A stretch of DNA of 64,000 nucleotides from an uncultured Gemmatimonadales bacterium. Lineage in GTDB: Bacteria; Gemmatimonadota; Gemmatimonadetes; Gemmatimonadales; GWC2-71-9. Each line of letters starts with the position of its first letter. The stretch's first letter is position 1. Positions 42,508 to 50,131 of the stretch are shown piece after piece. The notes below the pieces were generated by a model. It made no database searches and was not told the origin of the DNA. It saw nothing but the letters and a program-made list of their open reading frames with translations. Location: NCBI GenBank assembly GCA_963728915.1, contig CAVSLV010000004.1, positions 448,001-512,000 on the forward strand, read 5' to 3'. The position numbers were made by a program, and so were the translations under genes.

Positions 42508-43273
42508 TCAGGAAGGCCGCCAGGTTCTCGTGCTCCACCCGGTTCCTCCCTTCGGGTGAAAGGTCGAGGAGATCGAGCTTGGCGACGCTGGTTTCCGGCA
42601 GCCGAAGCGGCATGCCGGTGCCGAAGGTGAAGCGTTCGAGGCCGACGGTGCCCAGCAGCAGCTCCAGGTGATCCTCGGGCGGTCCCCAGATCCAGCTGAT
42701 GTCCCATAACACGCGCCGGGCTTCCGGCGGGGTCGAGCCGAAGTGGACCTGCTCGATCAGCTCGCGGTCGGCGTGGGTGACGATGAGCCGGATGCGCGAA
42801 TCGGAGCGAAGCAGAGTCCGGATGCCCGCCGGATCCAGATCCGGCGTCCCGTCAGTGGGGTGTCGTTGTCTCCCGTCCTCGAGGCGCACCGCCAGCACGA
42901 GGGGCAACCCGGCTTCGGCGCAGGCGGCGGCGAGCTCGCGCATCTCGGCGCCCGCGGTGGCCAGGCCGTAGAAGGCGGGATCCGCGCGCACCGCGGGGAC
43001 CCCGCGGTCGCGGGCTTCCCGGAGGACCAGCTCCCACCCGGGCATGCCGGGATGCACCGCGGCCACGGCGCGGAAGCGCGGCTGCCGCGTCGCCCACTCG
43101 TAGAGCACCGGGTTCCCTGCGGCGGGGTCCTTCCAGAACACCGCCGAGAGATTCGAAATCCAGGCCTGCTCGATGCCGACCCGGTCCATGGCTTCGAGCA
43201 GGGCCGGTGGCGCCCCACCGGTGATCCGCCGGAACGGATAGTGACCCAGAAAAACATTGACATCCACCGGCAT
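42494..43273 (-). CDS. Amidohydrolase-fold protein (degenerate metal motif)
   Basis: VDVNVFLGHYPF, EDGRQRH, FGTGMP; lacks the canonical HxH. Confidence 0.72.
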   Translation of the reverse strand: MPVDVNVFLGHYPFRRITGGAPPALLEAMDRVGIEQAWISNLSAVFWKDPAAGNPVLYEWATRQPRFRAVAAVHPGMPGWELVLREARDRGVPAVRADPAFYGLATAGAEMRELAAACAEAGLPLVLAVRLEDGRQRHPTDGTPDLDPAGIRTLLRSDSRIRLIVTHADRELIEQVHFGSTPPEARRVLWDISWIWGPPEDHLELLLGTVGLERFTFGTGMPLRLPETSVAKLDLLDLSPEGRNRVEHENLAAFLNPTP

Positions 43274-43275
43274 GG

Positions 43276-44079
43276 TCACGGACTCCGGAAGCTCGAGGGA
43301 GGGAAGATCGCCGCGGCATTCTTCCATTGAACCGCTTCGTACTGGTCGGAGGAAAGAATCCGCTCCAGGTAGCGCAACTTGGCCAGCCCGGTGTCCATGG
43401 TGATGTCGCAGCCCCAGAGCAGGCGCTCGACCCCCACCGCGTTGATGCACGTCTCCAGCATGCCGCTGTCCACCCCGCTTCCCGACAGATCGACGTAGAT
43501 GTTCGGGAGGCTCTGGATCGCGGCGAGCGAGTGAAGCCAGTCCCCCCCGCCTCCGATATGCGCGAGAATCAGCGCCACCTCAGGGTGCCGGCGCGCGAGC
43601 CTGCCCAGCTCGACCGCGTCGGACGCTTCCTGACCGGGCCACTCCCGGCGACGGTGTTGCCAGAGGTGGTGGAGGATGGGGACTCGATGCCGCCGCGCCG
43701 CGTCGGCGATCGGATCGAGCAGGGGATCATCGGCGCGACGGCTCGCGGCCAGCTTGATCCCGATCATGCCGGCGGCGAGGCAGCGATCGATCTCCACCAG
43801 AGCATGCTCGGTGAAATTCGGATTGACGCACGCGTACCCGTGGATCAGCCCGGGCCGGGTCCGGCAGAGCTCGATCAGCATGTTGTTGCCGACCGAGATG
43901 TCACGCGGGGAGGGGAAGTAGGTCGGCGAAGTCCGTCCCCAGCTTCCCAGGATGGACGCGACGTGGGTGGTGATTCCGATCCGCTCCCCGGCCCGAAGCC
44001 GGCTTTCGTTTCGCTCGGCCCAGTCGGCGCGGGGACCGGCCGGATGATGGAAGTGGGCGTGGACGTCGACCAGCATCAT
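43276..44079 (-). CDS. Amidohydrolase_2 family metallo-hydrolase
   Basis: VDVHAH, GIKL, PILHH, ILAHIGGGG, YVDLSGS, LLWGCD. Confidence 0.85.
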   Translation of the reverse strand: MMLVDVHAHFHHPAGPRADWAERNESRLRAGERIGITTHVASILGSWGRTSPTYFPSPRDISVGNNMLIELCRTRPGLIHGYACVNPNFTEHALVEIDRCLAAGMIGIKLAASRRADDPLLDPIADAARRHRVPILHHLWQHRRREWPGQEASDAVELGRLARRHPEVALILAHIGGGGDWLHSLAAIQSLPNIYVDLSGSGVDSGMLETCINAVGVERLLWGCDITMDTGLAKLRYLERILSSDQYEAVQWKNAAAIFPPSSFRSP

Positions 44080-45239
44080 CCGGCTCCTTCGCAAACCTCG
44101 GCCAGCGCCTCGAGGCAGCGGTCGATGTCGGTTTCCTGGTGCGCCAGGGAGACGAAGTTGTAGGCGGTTCGCTTGAACAGGATGCCGCGCTCGGCGCAGC
44201 CCCGCGCGAGATGCATGGCGTCCGCCGGGTTATGACAGCGGAGGTAGCACATTTCGGGAATGCCGGCCGTCCCGGCGATCCGGACGGGAAACCGGGAAGC
44301 CAGCGCCTGGAGACCCGCGAAGAGCCGGCCCCCAAGCACCGCGAGCCGGTGGTGGAGGGCTTCCTTCTCCATGACCCGGAGCGTGGCCCTCGCCGCGGCG
44401 AGGGAGACGAACTCGGTCGCCATGGTGGAAGAAATCCAGGTCCGGTCCGCCTGAGCCATCAGGTCGGCGCGCCCGCCCACGACGGCGAGCGGGAATCCGT
44501 TCGCCAGGGCCTTGCCGAGCACCAGCAGATCCGGCTCGCCGCCCCAGCGGGCCGCGGCGGTGCCGGCGCCGACCCGGAACGCCGTCTTGATCTCGTCGAA
44601 AATGAGCATCGCGCCGCTCCGGGTGCAGGCGTCCCGCACGGCGCGGAGCCACTCCGGATCGGGCGGGGCGTCCACCACCGGTTCGAGGACGACCGCGGCA
44701 AGCGCGTCTCCCGCGGCCTGGATCATCGCGACGCTGCGCCCCGCATCGTTGAACGGCAATTCCTCATAGAGGGCCCGTACCATGGTCGGGACGCCGGGTT
44801 CCCGGCTGCACCAGTCGAGCCATCCATGGTAGCCGCACCCGAGGACGCGATCCCGCTGGGTCGCGGCGCGGGCGAGTCGCACCGCCGCCGCGACCGCCTC
44901 GGCCCCGCTCTTGAGGAAGCGGACCTGCTCGAGGGATGGAATGCGCCGCGACAGCTCCTCGGCGAGCGCCTCCTCTTCGACCGGTGGCAAGGGGCCGATC
45001 GCTCCCCGTTCCACCGCCTCGATCACGGCGCGATTCACTTCGGGATGCGCGTAGCCGAGCGCGACCGCGCCCAGGGCCATGACGAAATCGAGATACTCCC
45101 GGCCGGTGTCGTCCCAGACCCGGGCGCCGGCGCTGCGCTGCATCCGGGAGGGGAGCGTGGGACTCGCCGCTTCGATGCCGAAGAGCGCGCCGGGGCGCTT
45201 GCTGCCGGTCGAGGTGAATCCCGCGACGCGCGGCGTCAT
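44076..45239 (-). CDS. Class-III PLP aminotransferase (glutamate-1-semialdehyde aminomutase-like)
   Basis: GARVWD..YLDF, KSGAEAV, GYHGW, LIFDEIKTAFR, GKALANG. Confidence 0.85.
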   Translation of the reverse strand: MTPRVAGFTSTGSKRPGALFGIEAASPTLPSRMQRSAGARVWDDTGREYLDFVMALGAVALGYAHPEVNRAVIEAVERGAIGPLPPVEEEALAEELSRRIPSLEQVRFLKSGAEAVAAAVRLARAATQRDRVLGCGYHGWLDWCSREPGVPTMVRALYEELPFNDAGRSVAMIQAAGDALAAVVLEPVVDAPPDPEWLRAVRDACTRSGAMLIFDEIKTAFRVGAGTAAARWGGEPDLLVLGKALANGFPLAVVGGRADLMAQADRTWISSTMATEFVSLAAARATLRVMEKEALHHRLAVLGGRLFAGLQALASRFPVRIAGTAGIPEMCYLRCHNPADAMHLARGCAERGILFKRTAYNFVSLAHQETDIDRCLEALAEVCEGAG

Positions 45240-46231
45240 TCGAACCGGACTCCCTGTTCCGCCCAGCGGAAGGGAATCACCCGCGAGCCGTTCTGCCCGG
45301 CGGCCTCCCGGGCCCGCGGCGGATCGGTCGCGAGGAAGAACATGGAGCCGCCCGCGCCGGCTCCCGCGGCCTTTCCCCCCAGCGACCTGGCCTCTTTCAT
45401 GGCGGCTTCGAGACGGCCCATCGCGTCGGTCCGCATCTCGGGATCGAGCTCCTGCTGGCGCCGCCAGTTCTCGCTCAGGAGCCCGCCCACCGCGGCCAGG
45501 TCGGCCGCGTCGAGCGCTTCGGCCATCGCCTCGGCGACGTCCACCAGCGCCTCCAGCGCCCCCACGATCCGGCGGTCCTTCCGGGCGTAGCCCTGCATAA
45601 CCCGCTCGATCGTGCGGGAGGACACCCGGGTCATCCCGGTATAGCAGATCACGATGTGATTCTGGAGGGTCTCGAGGAACTCGGGATCGAGGCGCAGCGG
45701 CCGGGGGCACACGGCGCCCTGGTCGAAGCCCAGCCGGAGCATCCCGCCCAGCGCCGCGGCATACTGGTCCTGGCAGCCGCCCGGCAAACCGGCCTCGACC
45801 GATTCGAGCACAAACCCCTCCTGGGCCAGGGCGACCGGGGAGCGCTCCAGGCCGCGGGCGCCATCGAGCACCGCCACCATGGCGACATCGAGGGCCCCCG
45901 AGCTGCCCAGGCCGGAGCCGGGCGGCGCCTCGCACCAGGTCCGTAACCCGCAAGGACCGAGGCCGGAGCGACGGACCGCGGCCTTGAGCAGCTCGAGCTG
46001 GCCGTAGCTGGAGAGCTCCTCGTGGCTCAGCTCCATGGTCTGATCGAGATCGACCGACTGGAGCAAGTACCGCTTGCGTTCCAGGGAAAGTTCGGCATAG
46101 GCCCGGACCTCGATCGCCCCGTTGATCACCAGGCCGCGGCGCTCGGTCACGAAGGGCGCCACATCGGTCCAGCCTCCCGCGAAATCGAGGCGGAGCGGTG
46201 CGGAGGCGCGGAACACCCCGTCAGCGGGCAT
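45236..46231 (-). CDS. GHMP-family sugar kinase (HddA/fucokinase-like)
   Basis: APLRLDFAGGWTD, PPGSGLGSSG, GGCQDQY, GKAAGAGAGG. Confidence 0.87.
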   Translation of the reverse strand: MPADGVFRASAPLRLDFAGGWTDVAPFVTERRGLVINGAIEVRAYAELSLERKRYLLQSVDLDQTMELSHEELSSYGQLELLKAAVRRSGLGPCGLRTWCEAPPGSGLGSSGALDVAMVAVLDGARGLERSPVALAQEGFVLESVEAGLPGGCQDQYAAALGGMLRLGFDQGAVCPRPLRLDPEFLETLQNHIVICYTGMTRVSSRTIERVMQGYARKDRRIVGALEALVDVAEAMAEALDAADLAAVGGLLSENWRRQQELDPEMRTDAMGRLEAAMKEARSLGGKAAGAGAGGSMFFLATDPPRAREAAGQNGSRVIPFRWAEQGVRFE

Positions 46232-47636
46232 CCGCCACGTGCCATCGGCTCAAGGTCACCAGCTCGCCTCGCACATCCATGCGCACTCCCAGCACCCGGC
46301 GGTTCATGCCCTGCACGCCGCGCGCGTGGTACAGAAAGGTGGCCGGCAGGGAGTCCTGGATCAGGCCCAGAAGTCTGTCGCGCGCGAGGGAAGTCCGCAA
46401 ACCGGAGATCGCGATCACCTGGCTCAGGTAGCCCAGCGCGAGGTCGCCGGGGATTCCCATGACCGCGGCGTCGAATTCGTGGGAGGACCCTTGGACCCGG
46501 TCCAGAAAGGTGGACAGCTCGAGCTGGCGGATCCGCGCGTGGATTCCCGCCCGGGCAAGCTGGGCCTGGAGGAGCTGCTCCAGAGCGGCTTCACCGCTGC
46601 CCACGGTGAGGAGCTCGAAAGAGAGGGGAGGTCGGAGTGAAGGTGGGGTCGGAGGGGAGGTTGGGCGGTCAGGTTGGGCGAGGGCGGGGGGAATGGGACT
46701 CGTGGACGGAGTGCCGTAGCCGAACAGGACCCCGTTCACGATGGCCGGCCGGTCGATCGCCGAGGCCACCGCCCGGCGGGCCTCGAGACGATCGAAGGGC
46801 GGATGACGCAGGTTGAACACGATCGCGTAACTGAGAAGCAGGGGATAATCCAGCACCGCGAGCCGATCGTCATGCTGAACGAACTGGGCGTGGGCCGGGT
46901 TGATCCCGGCAAAATCCAGCTCTTCTGCGGTCAGCGCGGCGAGCTTGGTCGTGGGCTCGTCCACCACGGCGATCACGAAACGTTCGAGCCGGGGTGGGCC
47001 GCCCAGCTCGGTGGGGAAGTCCGGGTTCGCCGCGAACACCCATTTCCGGTTGGGCTCGTACCGGACGAAGCGAAAGGGGCCGTTCCCGATGGGAGCGCGA
47101 TTCCAGGGCGCCTCCCGAAGCCGGGAGAGCGGAATCCCGTCGAACGCGTGCCTCGGCAGGATGGCGAGGTCGGTCAGGACGTCGGGCATCCGGGGCTGCG
47201 GCTCGGCGAACCCGAGCAGGAGGGTGGAATCGTCGGGGGCCTCCACCCGCACCAGCTCGGCGAGATCGGACCGCCGGGGATAACCGGTTTCGATCGCCCG
47301 GGCCGCGTTCAAGGTCCAGGCTGCGTCACCCGCGGTCGTCGGAGTGCCATCGTGCCAGCGTAACCCGGAAAAGAGTTGGAAGGTGAGCGCGGTGCGGTCC
47401 GCCGACCAGGTCCACCGCCTCGCCAGGTAGGGGGCGGGGGTGAGCGCGCTGTCATAGCGGACCAGGGTGACCAGAAGCGCGTAACGCTGCACCTGCCGGG
47501 CCAGGGGGTGTACGGTCAGGAGCGGATTGGCGCTCTGGAGATCGGCGCCGGAGGCGAGAATTACCGTATCGCCGCGCCGGGCGCCCCCGGCGCAGGCGAC
47601 GAGGAGAACCAGGCTCACACCGGTGAGGCGGCGCAC
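46221..47636 (-). CDS. ABC transporter substrate-binding lipoprotein, family 5 (peptide/nickel type)
   Basis: Lipobox LVAC, PYLARRW, WHDGTPTTAGD, IGNGPF; start GTG 47636 (or TTG 47642). Confidence 0.85.
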   Translation of the reverse strand: MRRLTGVSLVLLVACAGGARRGDTVILASGADLQSANPLLTVHPLARQVQRYALLVTLVRYDSALTPAPYLARRWTWSADRTALTFQLFSGLRWHDGTPTTAGDAAWTLNAARAIETGYPRRSDLAELVRVEAPDDSTLLLGFAEPQPRMPDVLTDLAILPRHAFDGIPLSRLREAPWNRAPIGNGPFRFVRYEPNRKWVFAANPDFPTELGGPPRLERFVIAVVDEPTTKLAALTAEELDFAGINPAHAQFVQHDDRLAVLDYPLLLSYAIVFNLRHPPFDRLEARRAVASAIDRPAIVNGVLFGYGTPSTSPIPPALAQPDRPTSPPTPPSLRPPLSFELLTVGSGEAALEQLLQAQLARAGIHARIRQLELSTFLDRVQGSSHEFDAAVMGIPGDLALGYLSQVIAISGLRTSLARDRLLGLIQDSLPATFLYHARGVQGMNRRVLGVRMDVRGELVTLSRWHVADAR

Positions 47637-47668
47637 CTCCAAGTGTACACGGGGCGATACATTCCGGC

Positions 47669-48637
47669 ATGGTGCGGCATCTCGCGATCGTTGCCGTTCG
47701 CGGCGTCCTGGTCGTCCTCGGCGTCGTTACCCTCACGTTCATCCTGTTGCAGCTCGCTCCCGGTGATCCGGTCCGCCGAATGCTCGGGCCGGCGGCGACC
47801 GTCGAACAGGTCGAGGCGGGACGCCATACCCTGGGACTCGACCGCCCCGTGCTCTCTCAGTATTCGGCCTGGCTGGGCAATGCAGTCCGGGGTGACTTCG
47901 GCACCAGCATCACCCAGGGGCGGCCCGCGGCTCGCCTACTGGGGGAGGCGTGGCCGGCGACGGCCTCCCTGGTGCTGCTCTCGATCGCCTTGAGCTGGTC
48001 GATCGGCATGCTGATCGGCGCGGTCCAGGCGAATACCCATCGCAAGGGCCTCGATGCGGTGCTTTCCGGCATCACGGTCGCCTTCAATGCCATGCCGGCG
48101 TATTGGCTGGGGCTCGCCCTGGTGATGCTGTTCACCTATGAGCTGCGATGGCTTCCGGCCTTCGGCGCAGTCGGGCTGGATGCCGAGTTTCTTGGCGGGG
48201 TCCAACGGGTAGTGGACCGGCTTCGGCACCTGGCTCTGCCCCTCGCGACCCTCACCCTGATCGGGTTGGGAGCGGATGCCCGGTTCACCCGGGCGACCAT
48301 GCGCGAGCTTGCCTTCGCTCCGTTTCTCCTTTCCGCGCGGGCCCGGGGCCTCACCGAGCGGCGGGTGGTGATCCGGCACCAGTTTCGGAGCGCCCTGATC
48401 CCGATCGTCACTCTGCTCGGGTTATCCCTGCCGGCGGTGTTCTCCGGGGCGGTGTTCGTGGAGGCCATCTTCGCCTGGCCCGGGGTGGGCCAGGTCCTGG
48501 TGCAGGCGGTTCAGGCGCGCGACTACCCGGTGGTGATGGCGGCCGCCACGATCAGCGCGGTTCTTGTGGTCGCGGGCAATCTCCTGGCCGAGATGCTGGT
48601 CGCGGTGGTGGACCCGAGGGTCCGTGATGCGGCTTGA
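47669..48637 (+). CDS. ABC transporter permease (DppB/OppB-like)
   Basis: APGDP, GDFGTS, LPLATL, ARARGL, VEAIFAWPGVG, RDYPVV. Confidence 0.92.
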   Translation: MVRHLAIVAVRGVLVVLGVVTLTFILLQLAPGDPVRRMLGPAATVEQVEAGRHTLGLDRPVLSQYSAWLGNAVRGDFGTSITQGRPAARLLGEAWPATASLVLLSIALSWSIGMLIGAVQANTHRKGLDAVLSGITVAFNAMPAYWLGLALVMLFTYELRWLPAFGAVGLDAEFLGGVQRVVDRLRHLALPLATLTLIGLGADARFTRATMRELAFAPFLLSARARGLTERRVVIRHQFRSALIPIVTLLGLSLPAVFSGAVFVEAIFAWPGVGQVLVQAVQARDYPVVMAAATISAVLVVAGNLLAEMLVAVVDPRVRDAA

Positions 48638-49451
48638 TACCCGGGGCCGGATCGGCGCGATGATCCTCGGGGTGATCGTCGTGGTGACTCTGGCGGCCCC
48701 GCTGGTCGCGCCGGTCGATCCTGACACGCAGCGCGACGTGGTCGCCACCAGGTTTCTCGCGCCCATGACCACCGATGCCCACGCGGTCTTTCACCCGCTG
48801 GGGACCGATCGGCTGGGGCGCGACGTGTGGTCGCGACTGGTGTATGGGGCGCGGATCTCGCTCGCGGTGGGTGGGCTCGCGATGGCGCTCTCCCTGCTGA
48901 TCGGGATCGGCGTCGGGGGGCTGGCTGCCGCGAGTGGGGGGCCGATACGAGGAATCCTTCTTGCCGTGACCGATTTTGCCCTGGGGCTTCCGCGGGTTGT
49001 GCTGCTTCTGCTCCTCGCCGCGCTCTGGCAACCGAGCGCGGTGCTGGTCATTGTGGTGCTGGGGGTGACCGGCTGGATGCCGGTGGCCCGATTGGTCGAT
49101 GCCGAGGTGCGGGCCCAGCTCGCGCGTCCCTACGCCGAGGCGGCCAGCGCCCTGGGCGCCCGGCGGCGGCGATTGCTGCTCCGGCATGCCCTGCCCAACG
49201 CGCTTGCCCCGGTCGTGGCGCTGGCGACCCTCGGCATCGGCAACGCGATCACCCTCGAGGCCGGGCTCTCGTTCCTCGGGTTAGGGGTGCAGCCGCCGAC
49301 TGCCTCGTGGGGCACCATGATCGCGAGCGGCCGGGATACCGTCGTGAATGCGCCGTGGGTGGGGCTCGCGCCCGGGATTGCGCTGGTGCTGGTGGTGGTG
49401 GGGTGCACTCTGCTGGCGGATGCGATGCGGGAGCGGGCCGGGAATGGGTAG
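48627..49451 (+). CDS. ABC transporter permease (DppC/OppC-like)
   Basis: HPLGTDRLGRD, YAEAASALGA, LSFLGLG, SWGTMI. Confidence 0.92.
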   Translation: MRLDTRGRIGAMILGVIVVVTLAAPLVAPVDPDTQRDVVATRFLAPMTTDAHAVFHPLGTDRLGRDVWSRLVYGARISLAVGGLAMALSLLIGIGVGGLAAASGGPIRGILLAVTDFALGLPRVVLLLLLAALWQPSAVLVIVVLGVTGWMPVARLVDAEVRAQLARPYAEAASALGARRRRLLLRHALPNALAPVVALATLGIGNAITLEAGLSFLGLGVQPPTASWGTMIASGRDTVVNAPWVGLAPGIALVLVVVGCTLLADAMRERAGNG

Positions 49452-49508
49452 GGGGAAGCGATATATTCCGAAGAGGTCTTCCTACGCATTCTGGAGGCTT
49501 CGGACCTG

Positions 49509-50117
49509 ATGCGTCATCTTCCGCTCGCCCTGGGCCTCGCGATCCTTGGCGCCACGCCCGTCTTCGCCCAGAACCCGCAATCCGCGCCGCGCACGATTCC
49601 CCTGCCCGATACGCTGGGCGCCAACTTCGCCGTGACCGACACGCTGACCGGCAAGAGCGCGCCCGGGGACTATGACTTCCTGGTCGGCAGCTGGCGTTTC
49701 ACCTTCCAGTCGCGGGGCCGCGACGGCGGGTTCACGGCTCCCTTCACCGGGCATTGGGTGTTCAACCGGAAGGAGACCGGCGGGCAGGGCGTGCTGATCG
49801 AAGACCACTGGCGGCCGGATGACCCATCGGCCACCTGGGAAGCCGGGACCTGGACCTACCGCGCCTACAACCCGCAACGCAAGCTGTGGGAGATGCAGGG
49901 CGTCAACACCAACAGCGGAGCGTGGCAGGCGGGGCTCATGTGGAGCGATGGGGCCGATCGTCTGCTGACCGAGTGGTACGGGCCGATGCTGGTGCGGTTC
50001 CGATACTTCGCCATCGAGCCGGACCAGTTCCTGTGGCGGGCGGATGCCACGTTCGATCGGGGCCGGACCTGGATCAGAGATTACTGGACGATGGAGGTGC
50101 ACCGCATCTCGCGGTGA
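49509..50117 (+). CDS. Secreted hypothetical protein (DUF1579-like beta protein)
   Basis: Signal peptide ending VFAQ; YDFLVGSW, RAYNP, DRGRTW. Confidence 0.65.
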   Translation: MRHLPLALGLAILGATPVFAQNPQSAPRTIPLPDTLGANFAVTDTLTGKSAPGDYDFLVGSWRFTFQSRGRDGGFTAPFTGHWVFNRKETGGQGVLIEDHWRPDDPSATWEAGTWTYRAYNPQRKLWEMQGVNTNSGAWQAGLMWSDGADRLLTEWYGPMLVRFRYFAIEPDQFLWRADATFDRGRTWIRDYWTMEVHRISR

Positions 50118-50131
50118 CCGGCGGGCGGTTC

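Noticed and set aside
44076..45239. Calling the aminotransferase hemL
   Set aside because: Shorter than typical HemL and embedded among sugar-metabolism genes; family-level call only
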